Origin: a virus
Reading direction: 5' to 3' (one strand)
Virus record (IMG/VR): IMGVR_UViG_3300045922_001133
Coordinates: 1,996 to 65,995 of that record
Length of the DNA stretch: 64,000 nucleotides
Every line of letters starts with the position of its first letter. Positions within the stretch are counted from its first letter, which is position 1. A program made the translations under genes and the position numbers. This document shows, one piece after another, positions 55,632 through 64,000 of the stretch. The notes beneath the pieces were generated by a model, which did not search any database, was not told the origin of the DNA, and saw only the letters and a program-made list of their open reading frames with translations.

Positions 55632-57885
55632 TCCCGATAAGGGCTATGTCGATTGCATGTTCTGGGTCCCGAAGAAGTACATCCCGGTCGAGGCAACGAA
55701 GGCCGCCCTGACCTTCTCGACCATGACCGATCGGGTCCAGCGGTTCCTCACGCTCTGGCAGGAGACCGAGCACCACTTGCTCATTCCCCGAGAGTTTTGG
55801 GACCCCGCCTCACAGCCCTTCCCCGTGGTCGACTGTCGGCCAACCCAGTACCCAAAGACCCGCGTCTCGAGCCGCATCCAGCTCGACCTCAAGTCGAATT
55901 TCAAGGAGACGACCCAGCGAGACGCCGTTGCCGCGATGCAGAAGGCTCGAGGTGGGATCCTTCAGCTCGCGTGCGTTTCTGGGGACACCGTCCTCAACAT
56001 CAACCGGGCCAAGGTCGGGAAGAAGATCACCATCGCGCAGCTCTACAAGAAGCTGCACGAGAGCACTCGGGTGGACCACTCCATCCCGACGTACATCCGG
56101 GCGAAGAAGGAAGAGGGCATCGGCCTTCACCTTGTCGAGGACGTCATCTACCGAGGTAAGCGGCAGACGTACGAGATTCGCACCGCAGACGGCAAGAAGC
56201 TCCGTCTGACCCGAGACCATCAAGTTCTGACGCCGACGGGGTTTCGATCGATCGATGAAGGACTCAGTGTGGGCTCTGAAGTCCTAGTGGATTCCAAGGA
56301 TGGGAACCCGAAGAACAACAACATCGACAACCTCGAGGTCCTGCCCCGTGCGGATCATGGCCGCGCGCACGGGAATGCGAAGTACTTCCGCTTCGGGGAA
56401 GTACAGGTCACCCGCATCACGTCGATGCGCGCTCATGGCATCGAAGACGTCTACGACGTCGTTTGCGCAGACCCTCACCACAACTTCGTGGCCAACGGCA
56501 TCATTGTCCACAATTGCGGTAAAGGTAAGACAGTGTGTGCTCTCGAGCTCATCGCCCGAGAGGGCGTACCCGCGCTCATCATTGTCGACAACACTCAGCT
56601 CCTCGAGCAGTGGACGAAGGAGATCCACCGGCATCTCGACGTCCCCGGTGGCGTAGGAACGGTCGCCAGCGGGAAGTTCGATTGGAAGAAGGACGTCGTC
56701 GTCGCGACGTACCACACGATCGCGAACATCGCCGACGACATGCCCGAAGAGATGCGCCGACACTTCGGGCTCGTCATCTGGGACGAGGCCCACCACATGG
56801 CGGCCCCGACCTGGATGAAGTCAGCGGACCTCTTCCCGTGCAAGCGCATCGGCCTCACGGCCACCCCCGAGCGCATCGACGGGATGCACGTCGTCTACGA
56901 CTTCCACCTCGGCCCGGTCCTCTACAAGGACCTCGTCCAAGAGCTGAAGCCGCAGATCTTCTTCACCTGGACGGGCCTCGAGGTCGACACGACCGACCCG
57001 AAGGTGAGGGCGCAGGTCTGCGACGTGAACGGGGAGCTCCACACGTCGATGCTCTCCAGCTACTTTGGTCAGTGGCGCACGCGGCTCGACTTCATCTTGA
57101 ACGAGGTGAGGCTCGCGGCGCAGGCGGGGCGAAAGATCCTCGTGCTCTCGTACTCGGTCGCCGAGCTCGTGAACATGTACGCGATCTGGAACAACGACCC
57201 CGAGCTCTACACGGACATCCCTGACCCGACGCCGCAAGATGTGGGCGAGACGCTCCAGCCGCAGCAGCTTGACGAGCGCACGATGCGGAGGCTGTACAAG
57301 AAGCTTGGCGAGCTCAACGGCATCCTCGCCAACCCGGCGCTCCCTCTCGACCAGAAGCACGGGGCGCAGATGCACAAGAACGACATCCTCGAGAGGCTGA
57401 AGCGGCACGAGGTCTGGAAGAAGATCGAGAACGAGCGCGAGAAGCGTCAGCGCTCGTACGTGAAGGACCGTCTCGAGATGCACGCGAACGGATCCGCCGG
57501 CCTCATGATCGGTAAGATCAAGCCGAAGGAGCGGGCGCGTATGCTCGCGGAGAAGCAGGTCACCTTCGCCATCATGAAGTACGGGCGAGAGGGCCTCGAC
57601 GAGCAGTCGCTCGACACAGTCTTCGTGTGCGAGCCGATGAGTCAGAAGAACGCGCTCCAGCAGCTCATGGGACGCGTGCTTCGCATCAAGGCGGGGAAGA
57701 AGCAGCCGATCGTCATGTTCTTCGAGGACAACATCGGCCCGATGATTGGAATGTGCACGAATCTCCGACGGCACCTGAGATCTTGGCCGCTTGAAGAAGG
57801 GGGCCCATTCGAGTACACGCTGGTCGGTCACCCAAGAAAAGGACAAGGAAGACCAACATGGGGAGTAGCAACAACGGCAACATGA
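55612..57885 (+). CDS. superfamily 2 helicase (UvsW/ResIII-like), with one intein
   Basis: After splicing LACGKGKT (Walker A); DEAHH; GLTATPER; KYGREGLD; QQLMGRVLR. Confidence 0.88.
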   Translation: MRVVRRDPDKGYVDCMFWVPKKYIPVEATKAALTFSTMTDRVQRFLTLWQETEHHLLIPREFWDPASQPFPVVDCRPTQYPKTRVSSRIQLDLKSNFKETTQRDAVAAMQKARGGILQLACVSGDTVLNINRAKVGKKITIAQLYKKLHESTRVDHSIPTYIRAKKEEGIGLHLVEDVIYRGKRQTYEIRTADGKKLRLTRDHQVLTPTGFRSIDEGLSVGSEVLVDSKDGNPKNNNIDNLEVLPRADHGRAHGNAKYFRFGEVQVTRITSMRAHGIEDVYDVVCADPHHNFVANGIIVHNCGKGKTVCALELIAREGVPALIIVDNTQLLEQWTKEIHRHLDVPGGVGTVASGKFDWKKDVVVATYHTIANIADDMPEEMRRHFGLVIWDEAHHMAAPTWMKSADLFPCKRIGLTATPERIDGMHVVYDFHLGPVLYKDLVQELKPQIFFTWTGLEVDTTDPKVRAQVCDVNGELHTSMLSSYFGQWRTRLDFILNEVRLAAQAGRKILVLSYSVAELVNMYAIWNNDPELYTDIPDPTPQDVGETLQPQQLDERTMRRLYKKLGELNGILANPALPLDQKHGAQMHKNDILERLKRHEVWKKIENEREKRQRSYVKDRLEMHANGSAGLMIGKIKPKERARMLAEKQVTFAIMKYGREGLDEQSLDTVFVCEPMSQKNALQQLMGRVLRIKAGKKQPIVMFFEDNIGPMIGMCTNLRRHLRSWPLEEGGPFEYTLVGHPRKGQGRPTWGVATTAT
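55972..56514 (+). mobile_element. intein (181 aa) with HNH remnant in the helicase P-loop
   Basis: CVSGDTVL...TRDHQV...VYDVVC...IIVHN, +1 Cys; internal DGNPKNNNIDNLEVL...HGRAH. Confidence 0.9.
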
Positions 57886-58373
57886 CGGACCTCGACATCA
57901 ACGACTGGGTCGTCGTGAGCACCCCGGGCGGGCGGTACTTCGGGCGCATCGCCGGGGACCTGAACAAGAGCAACATCGGCGGCGTCACCGACCTCGCCGT
58001 CGATCCGGAGAGGTTGAAGGCGTTCCGGCAGAGGGTCGTCGAGGCGGTGAGCAACGGCGACTGCATCGAGCTCTGCCCGGCGCTCGATTTCCTCGCGCCG
58101 CTCCGGCCGGTGCAGACGCCGCAGGGCACGGCGATGCAGCGTGACCCGATCGTCGTGCCGATCGACTTCACCGTGCACGAGACGTCGGTCTTCGTGAAGG
58201 CGGCGTCGATCTACTTCTGCGCCGACCTGAAAGACGCGGACAAGAAGACGTATAAGGAGCTCGCTACCGCGGGACTACGATCCGCTCTCGAAGCACGCGC
58301 CGCAGCCAGCGGCCTGATGCTCGCGAGTGGTCCGGTTCCGCCGAGCGGAAAGGTTGTCCCATCGCGTGGTTGA
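57858..58373 (+). CDS. hypothetical protein
   Basis: 171 aa; AAGGAAG upstream; high GC3. Confidence 0.7.
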   Translation: MGSSNNGNMTDLDINDWVVVSTPGGRYFGRIAGDLNKSNIGGVTDLAVDPERLKAFRQRVVEAVSNGDCIELCPALDFLAPLRPVQTPQGTAMQRDPIVVPIDFTVHETSVFVKAASIYFCADLKDADKKTYKELATAGLRSALEARAAASGLMLASGPVPPSGKVVPSRG

Positions 58374-59226
58374 TGCACGGAAGCCCTTGCCGCTGCTGCA
58401 CAACGAGTGGTCGTCGTGCACGGCATGCGCGCTCGGGCAGCGGAGGCAGGCGGTCGGCGGCGCCTTTGTCGCTGGACACGGTACCCCCGGCGGGATCATG
58501 TTCATCGGCGAGGGTCCCGGCCGCCATGAAGAAGAACAAGGACTACCCTTCGTCGGGCCGTCCGGGCAGCTCCTGAGAGACGCGCTCCGGAAGCTCGCGT
58601 TCACCCACTTCTACATCACGAACATCGTCGCGTGTCGCGCGTGCGAGCCGATCATCGACCCGGCGACGAACACGCCGAAGATCCGGAAGGGCAAGTACGG
58701 GCGGCCCGACGAGATCATCTACCGCGACTGCCCGCCAAAGCCACTCGAGATTCAGGCGTGCATGCCCCGGCTCTACGAGGAGATTTACCTCGTCGACCCT
58801 GTGCTCATCGTCACGCTCGGGGGCACTGCGACCGAAGCGCTCCTCCGGCGCAACGTCGCCATCACGAACGCGCGCGGACGGACGGAGGCCATCTCCATCC
58901 CCGGGGCGACCGCGCGCGCGGTGCACACGGAGAAGAAGAAGGTCTGGGGCCGCAAGGTCCACGGTGAGATGAAGTTCCCCATCGAGCAGAACGAGGTGAA
59001 GTACCTCGTGCTGCCGACGCTTCACCCCGCATACGTTCTTCGCAAGATCGGCGACCGTGGTGCGCACAGCCCCATCCGCCAGTTCGGCGACGACCTCCGC
59101 GCGGCGGTGAAGATCTACGAGTGGTACATGATCAACGTGCGAGGCGTCGATCCTGTGTCGTTCCAGCACTCGGACGCGGATCTTTCGAACATCGGAGCGG
59201 AATATGACGACGAAGAAGGTGGCTGA
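58366..59226 (+). CDS. uracil-DNA glycosylase, family 4 (Fe-S type)
   Basis: GTG start; CTAC; IGEGPG..E..G.PFVGPSG; TNIVACR; QAC; TLHPAY. Confidence 0.9.
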   Translation: MVDARKPLPLLHNEWSSCTACALGQRRQAVGGAFVAGHGTPGGIMFIGEGPGRHEEEQGLPFVGPSGQLLRDALRKLAFTHFYITNIVACRACEPIIDPATNTPKIRKGKYGRPDEIIYRDCPPKPLEIQACMPRLYEEIYLVDPVLIVTLGGTATEALLRRNVAITNARGRTEAISIPGATARAVHTEKKKVWGRKVHGEMKFPIEQNEVKYLVLPTLHPAYVLRKIGDRGAHSPIRQFGDDLRAAVKIYEWYMINVRGVDPVSFQHSDADLSNIGAEYDDEEGG

Positions 59227-59629
59227 GACCGACATCCCCGAGGTGATGCACTTCCTCGCGGTGAAAAAGCAGATCGATGACCTGAAGGAAGGCTACCCCG
59301 AGGTCTTCGAACGCCTCAGGCAGCTCCAGCAGGACTACAACCAGGCGCTCGAGGCCGCTGAGAAGGCGGTGCGCGGCAGGCAGGTCTCCTGCGGCCCGTT
59401 CCACCTCTACCAGTGGCAGACGTCGCTCGACGCCGAGAAGCTCTACGAGGAGCTCGGCAGGGACGAGTTTCTCAAGGTCGGGGGGAAGATCCAGACGGTC
59501 ACCACCTACGACCTCGACAAGAACAAGTTCGAGGCCCATGTCACCGCCGGCACCATCCCCAAGGAGGTCGTCGACGTCGTGAAGAAGGTCTCGCCCCGCT
59601 ACAAGAAGCCCGAGAAGATCAACGTCTGA
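59204..59629 (+). CDS. hypothetical protein (N-terminal coiled coil)
   Basis: 141 aa; GGAG RBS; high GC3. Confidence 0.7.
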   Translation: MTTKKVAETDIPEVMHFLAVKKQIDDLKEGYPEVFERLRQLQQDYNQALEAAEKAVRGRQVSCGPFHLYQWQTSLDAEKLYEELGRDEFLKVGGKIQTVTTYDLDKNKFEAHVTAGTIPKEVVDVVKKVSPRYKKPEKINV

Positions 59630-59958
59630 TGCGTCCGGCGAAGTTCGACGCGATCCGCGTCGCGGAGATCTCGGTGAACTTCCTCGAGACGCCCGCCGCG
59701 GTCACCGCGAAAGCGGCCTTCGTGAACACGAAGTCGGGGGCGACACACGGCTGGACCACAGGCAAGCGGTGGTCCGACGAGACGATGGCGAAGCTTGTGG
59801 AGCTTCGTGAGCTCATGGAGCGCGATCTTTCCGCGGTGCACTTCGAAGATGGTGCCTTCCCGGGCTCACCTACAACATCTAGTGGCAGCCTTCGCGAAGG
59901 CTTCCAGGGATTGGGGGAACACCTCGGGACGCTAGAAGAAGAGGTCCCGCAAGGCTGA
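59629..59958 (+). CDS. hypothetical protein
   Basis: True start MRPAKFDA (TGATG coupling); 109 aa. Confidence 0.65.
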   Translation: MRPAKFDAIRVAEISVNFLETPAAVTAKAAFVNTKSGATHGWTTGKRWSDETMAKLVELRELMERDLSAVHFEDGAFPGSPTTSSGSLREGFQGLGEHLGTLEEEVPQG

Positions 59959-59966
59959 CGCGCCTG

Positions 59967-59996
59967 TTGACATCGAGCCTTCTGACACGTCAGGTT
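59967..59996 (+). promoter_or_regulatory. possible sigma70-like promoter upstream of dnaB
   Basis: Perfect TTGACA at 59967-59972; -10 candidate weak (CAGGTT at 18-bp spacing). Confidence 0.3.
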
Positions 59997-60009
59997 GGGA
60001 GGCCCCTCT

Positions 60010-60060
60010 ACGCCCCGCTCTCCGCCTACCCAAGCCAAGAGCGGGGCGTTGTTCGTTTCA
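60010..60060 (+). terminator. terminator-like hairpin in the dnaB leader
   Basis: Perfect 12-bp stem ACGCCCCGCTCT/AGAGCGGGGCGT, 16-nt loop, then TGTTCGTTTC. Confidence 0.55.
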
Positions 60061-60072
60061 CCTGGAGGCGCA

Positions 60073-61482
60073 ATGGCCAGTGCGGAAATGCAGTTGGTCT
60101 GCAAGATCATCAAGACAGGAGAACTGAAGAAAGTCATCGAGTGGGGGATCACGGAAGACGACTTCCTCATGCTGGAGACGAAAGCGATCTACCAGCAGCT
60201 CATCGCCACCTACTCGGCGACCGAGACCTCGGGCTCCGTCATCGGCCCGCGGCTCGCGCAGACGAAGTTCCCGCAGCTCAATCTCGACGACGTCGATGAG
60301 TCCGTGACGCTCGAACACCTCTGCAAAGAGGTCCGCGATCGACGGCTTTCGAAGATCGTGAAGGAACAGGCGCAGCGGGCGATCGAGATCGCCGACATCA
60401 ACCCGCTCGAAGGGCTCGCAGCGATGCAGATCGCCGTCGGAGAGATTCTCCGCCTCGACGCGGGGAAGAACACCGACGTCGACTTCGGCACGGGCATGGA
60501 GATGGTCGCGCAGCAGTACGAGCTCGCGGTCAACGGGGGCGCGTTCGGGCGACTCGCGTGGCCGTGGCTTCCTGTCCAGGACGAGACGATGGGCATCCAG
60601 GAGGATGACTTCATCGTCTTCTACGGCCGCCCGAAGTCGATGAAGTCCTGGGTCCTCTCCTTTCTCATCGCTTGGGCGGTAGGCCTCGCACCGCAGACCG
60701 TGCGCGTCCTCGTCTACACGAAAGAGATGACGCCGAAGAACATCTACCAGCGAGTCGCGGCGTGCCTCGCTGGCCTGCCGTACTCCGACCTCCGCAAGGG
60801 CAAGCTCACGCCCGAGCAGTGGGCGAACTTGCGGTGGTGGGTAGACGTAGCGAAAGAGCTCGCCGGACAGAACCGGCTCATCGTGCTCTCGGCGAAAGAC
60901 GCGGCCGGGCACGATACCATCCAGTGGCTCCGCTCGAAGATCGAGAAGTACGCCCCCGAGGTCTGCTTCATCGACGGGCTCTACCTCATGACTCCGGAGA
61001 ACCCGAAGATCGTGAAGGACAATGAGCGCGTCGCGAGCATCTCGCGTGCGTGCCGCCAGATGATCTTCGACACGAAGGTCCCCGTCATCGCGACGATGCA
61101 AGCGAACCGCAAGGCAGCCCAGCACGGGCGTGCCGAGCTCGACGAGATCGCGTTCTCCGACGCCATCTCGCAGGACTGCACGATGGCCGCTCGCGTCATC
61201 AAGGACAAGCTGGCGCCGACCATCTCGGTCGTCATCGGCGGCTCGCGCGAGTTCCACATGCCGGGCTTCCGCATCAAGGCCGTTCCGGCGTCGGACTTCT
61301 CGTTCGACAGCATCCTTAGCGAGGCCGACATCCTCAACGCGAAGAGCCTCGACAACCCTGACGATCCGAACGCCGGCAGGGGCGGGAGGAAGCCACCAAA
61401 CAAGATGGTGCACGACGCCAAGAAGGCGGAAGAGAAGAGGCAGTTCGACAAGCAGTACAACGAAGCTCTGGCGAACATGTGA
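60073..61482 (+). CDS. dnaB: DnaB-like replicative helicase
   Basis: GGAGG RBS; P-loop GRPKSMKS; YTKEM; FIDGLY; MQANR; FSDAISQD. Confidence 0.88.
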   Translation: MASAEMQLVCKIIKTGELKKVIEWGITEDDFLMLETKAIYQQLIATYSATETSGSVIGPRLAQTKFPQLNLDDVDESVTLEHLCKEVRDRRLSKIVKEQAQRAIEIADINPLEGLAAMQIAVGEILRLDAGKNTDVDFGTGMEMVAQQYELAVNGGAFGRLAWPWLPVQDETMGIQEDDFIVFYGRPKSMKSWVLSFLIAWAVGLAPQTVRVLVYTKEMTPKNIYQRVAACLAGLPYSDLRKGKLTPEQWANLRWWVDVAKELAGQNRLIVLSAKDAAGHDTIQWLRSKIEKYAPEVCFIDGLYLMTPENPKIVKDNERVASISRACRQMIFDTKVPVIATMQANRKAAQHGRAELDEIAFSDAISQDCTMAARVIKDKLAPTISVVIGGSREFHMPGFRIKAVPASDFSFDSILSEADILNAKSLDNPDDPNAGRGGRKPPNKMVHDAKKAEEKRQFDKQYNEALANM

Positions 61483-62522
61483 TGCTCGAAGACGAGGTGT
61501 TCAACGTCGCGAGCCGGTTCCTTCGCAAGATCCGGCGCGGCGCGAACAGCGAGATCTCCGCCATCTGCCCCTTCCACCGGAAGGCGGACGGCTCGGAAGA
61601 AAAGCACCCGTCCTTCACGATGAACCTGTCGAAGGGCGTCTACTACTGCCACACGTGCCACGAGCGCGGGAACATGCGCACGTTCCTCAAGAACATGGGG
61701 GTCGGGCTCACGGTCCTGCACAACCAGTACGCGCCGCTGCTCGAAGCGCTCCAGAAGAACCACGTCGCGCCGACATTCAACCCGACGCAGGCGCGGCACA
61801 TCGTCACCGAGACGCCCCTCCCGGAGGCCATCCTCGGCCTGTTCGAGAAGTGCCCTCTGCCGATGGTCGACCCGGACTACCGTCTCAACGAAGACGATCC
61901 CGTCTACGACGAAGCACTCCTCCAGAAGTACGACATCGGGTTCGACGAGGTCCACGGGCGTATCACGTTTCCGCTCCGCGATCTCGCCGGCAACCTCATG
62001 GGAATCAGCGGGCGCGCCTGCGATCCAAGCGTGCGGCCCCGCTACAAGGTCTACGACACCGAGTACACGGCGTTCGGCATGCCGGCTCGGGCGCAGACGA
62101 AGAAGAGCTCCATTCTCTGGAACGCGCACAATGTGTATCCACACGTCTATCGCGGCTCATCGAAGGAGCGCGTGGTCCTCGTCGAGGGCTTCAAGGCATG
62201 CCTCTGGCTTCTCCAGGCGGGTATCCCCAACGTCGTGGCCCTCGCGGGCTCGAGCCTCTCGGAGTACCACATCTGGATTCTCGAGCGGATGGGCGCGCAG
62301 GTGCTCCTGATGTTCGACAACGACTTGGCTGGCCAGTCCGGCCTCTTGAAAACCGCGCCTCAGCTAGCACGGTCGCTTGATGTCTTCATCGTGAACTACG
62401 AAGGGCGTCAGCCCACCAACCTGACCCAAGAAGAGGTCCGTCAATCAGTCGAGAAGAACTGCGAAGACTATTACCTCTGGGTCACTAGACAAAAGAAAGA
62501 GCGCAACCATGGCATTCGGTAA
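61479..62522 (+). CDS. dnaG: DnaG-like primase
   Basis: CHC2 zinc finger CPFH...PSF...YCHTC; FPL..L.G..GR; TOPRIM LVEG...FDND. Confidence 0.9.
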   Translation: MMLEDEVFNVASRFLRKIRRGANSEISAICPFHRKADGSEEKHPSFTMNLSKGVYYCHTCHERGNMRTFLKNMGVGLTVLHNQYAPLLEALQKNHVAPTFNPTQARHIVTETPLPEAILGLFEKCPLPMVDPDYRLNEDDPVYDEALLQKYDIGFDEVHGRITFPLRDLAGNLMGISGRACDPSVRPRYKVYDTEYTAFGMPARAQTKKSSILWNAHNVYPHVYRGSSKERVVLVEGFKACLWLLQAGIPNVVALAGSSLSEYHIWILERMGAQVLLMFDNDLAGQSGLLKTAPQLARSLDVFIVNYEGRQPTNLTQEEVRQSVEKNCEDYYLWVTRQKKERNHGIR

Positions 62523-63657
62523 GGACGACAAGAACCTCCAGGCGGTTGGCGGCTTCCGGCAGCAGGCACGGCAGTACCAGGCGGCGCGTCCGCGGTTCGG
62601 CACCGGCGGCGGAAAGCCGTACTTCATCGACCGCTTCCAGCCCTCGCTCGAGGACACGGACAAGATCCGCATCCTCAAGGGGCTTTACGAGGTCGAGATC
62701 GGGCAGCAGGACGGCTCGATCGTGAAGCAGACGCTCTACTACTTCCCGTACATCGAACACTTCCACGGGACGCTGAAGAAGGGCGCCATCTGCTCAGCGG
62801 GCCCGCTCGGCATGTTCAAGGGCAAGGGGCAGCCCTGCCTCGGGCACGAGATCTACTGGGCCGACAAGAATGCCGGTCGGAAGAACGGGCCGATGTCGAT
62901 GACGGAGAAGAACGCCTTCACCATCATCCACTACGCGCCGTACGCCAAGGTCGAGCAGGTCGACGACCAAGGCCAGGTCAAGAAGAACGACAAGGGCGAG
63001 CCCTACTGGAACTGGGTGCGCGTGATGCCCCACCAGCGGCACGACCCGCGGTTCCAGGGCAAGGAGATGCGGGACTTCCACATCCTCCACTGGTCGCTCG
63101 GCTTCGGGCACTTCAAAACGTTGATGGAGTACGACAAGGAGATCAGCCGGTCGTGCAAGTCCTGCGGCGGGCGCGACACGATCGTCTGCGAGGCGTGGAC
63201 CTGCCGGCACTGCGGTGAGGCCCTCATCGAGCCGGCGACGACGACGCTCACGCCGAAGGAGATCGACGAGTTCACGTCGAAGAATGTCCGCTGCGCGAGC
63301 TGCGGAAACGAGGGCATGCTCCAGGAGATCATCTCCTGCACGCAGTGCGCGAATCCCGTGCGTGCGGAGATCTTCGACGTCGACATCAACGTGAAGCGCG
63401 TGAAGTCGAGCGAGGGCGGGAACATGACGAACATCATCATCCCGTCGTGGTCGAACCCCTGTCCGATCGACCAGCGCTACGCGGAGTTCGCGAAGCCGCT
63501 GCCGCTGGACAAGATCTTCCAGCCGACGCCCTACGAGAAGCAGCAGGAGATGTGGGGCGGCGGCGGTTCTCGCATGCCAGTCACCAACTCGCAGCTCTCG
63601 CGGCCCTACGGCGGTGGCGCGCCGACGCTCGGACCGGGCGGCAAGCCCCAGTACTAG
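62509..63657 (+). CDS. putative single-stranded DNA-binding protein (T4 gp32-like) with Zn ribbons
   Basis: 382 aa between primase and polymerase; IRIL...YIEHF..C...CLGH; four CxxC pairs; Gly-rich tail. Confidence 0.55.
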   Translation: MAFGKDDKNLQAVGGFRQQARQYQAARPRFGTGGGKPYFIDRFQPSLEDTDKIRILKGLYEVEIGQQDGSIVKQTLYYFPYIEHFHGTLKKGAICSAGPLGMFKGKGQPCLGHEIYWADKNAGRKNGPMSMTEKNAFTIIHYAPYAKVEQVDDQGQVKKNDKGEPYWNWVRVMPHQRHDPRFQGKEMRDFHILHWSLGFGHFKTLMEYDKEISRSCKSCGGRDTIVCEAWTCRHCGEALIEPATTTLTPKEIDEFTSKNVRCASCGNEGMLQEIISCTQCANPVRAEIFDVDINVKRVKSSEGGNMTNIIIPSWSNPCPIDQRYAEFAKPLPLDKIFQPTPYEKQQEMWGGGGSRMPVTNSQLSRPYGGGAPTLGPGGKPQY

Positions 63658-63665
63658 CCAAAACC

Positions 63666-63707
63666 AGAAGGGCGGTAGGGCTCATCACCCGACCGCCCTT
63701 CTTCTTT
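63666..63707 (+). terminator. intrinsic terminator
   Basis: AGAAGGGCGGT/ACCGCCCTTCT 11-bp stem plus GGG/CCC; followed by TCTTT. Confidence 0.75.
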
Positions 63708-63724
63708 CACCTGGAGTCCCGACT

Positions 63725-63814
63725 ATGTCGGACCACCTACCCACAGATATCTCAGCTCGATTCTGGGCAAAGGTCAACAAGGCTACGGGCGCGCGTCGCT
63801 CAGGAGGGGTGTAG
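63725..63814 (+). pseudogene. 29-aa remnant of an HNH endonuclease N-terminus
   Basis: GGAG RBS; MSDHLPTDISARFWAKVNK matches the RFW.KV start typical of phage HNH proteins; early stop. Confidence 0.45.
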
Positions 63815-63816
63815 CC

Positions 63817-64000
63817 GTGCCCTGGAACGTGAGACTACCCAAGGCCGAATACTACGCGCACGACGACCCTCGTCTAGAAGCCATCATCAACGAGGTCCTC
63901 GACCAGAAGGTCGTGGCCATCGACTCCGAAACGACAGGGCTCACCATCTGGAAGGACGTGCCGCTCTTCTGGTCGCTCGCGTGGGGGGAGAACCGCCGCG
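63817..64000 (+). CDS. family A DNA polymerase, N-terminal 3'-5' exonuclease domain (3'-truncated)
   Basis: AGGAGG RBS; GTG start; VVAIDSETTGL exonuclease I motif; follows primase and SSB. Confidence 0.7.
   Translation, partial: MPWNVRLPKAEYYAHDDPRLEAIINEVLDQKVVAIDSETTGLTIWKDVPLFWSLAWGENRR

Noticed and set aside
60073-61482. Inactive DnaB because the P-loop reads GRPKSMKS
   Set aside because: The catalytic Lys-Ser and the other DnaB motifs are kept; such P-loop variation is common in phage helicases

Overview
This 64-kb, high-GC window is a gene-dense piece of a large tailed dsDNA bacteriophage genome (contractile tail, HK97-type head). It is not cellular DNA. The standard genetic code fits and Shine-Dalgarno sites (GGAG/AGGA) precede many genes. 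No tRNA, rRNA or CRISPR array was seen. Layout: (1) a long minus-strand morphogenesis block, 724-44638: tail tube, a very large tail sheath, neck proteins, major capsid protein, scaffold-like proteins, a putative prohead protease, large terminase and baseplate spike. At its 5' end is a single-ORF fusion of beta and beta' multisubunit RNA polymerase subunits. (2) A plus-strand island with a MoxR-like AAA+ ATPase and a metallopeptidase-VWA protein. (3) A minus-strand portal block. (4) A plus-strand replication block: SF2 helicase, family-4 UDG, DnaB, DnaG, probable SSB, and the start of a family-A DNA polymerase. Six inteins are present: two in the protease, two in the terminase, one in the RNAP and one in the helicase. 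Most unusual observations: an intein that starts with Gln, lacks the block-B His and sits directly after the catalytic NADFDGD motif of the RNAP; a recurring K-x-A-(S/A/G) motif that appears to cut many virion proteins into modules, including glycine-zipper peptides and a ferritin-like di-iron domain, suggesting a prohead-protease-processed cargo system; a candidate phage promoter ATAAGGACYTCGARGG; and three consecutive long palindromes upstream of the replication genes. Function calls rest on motifs recognised by eye and on synteny. No database search was run.
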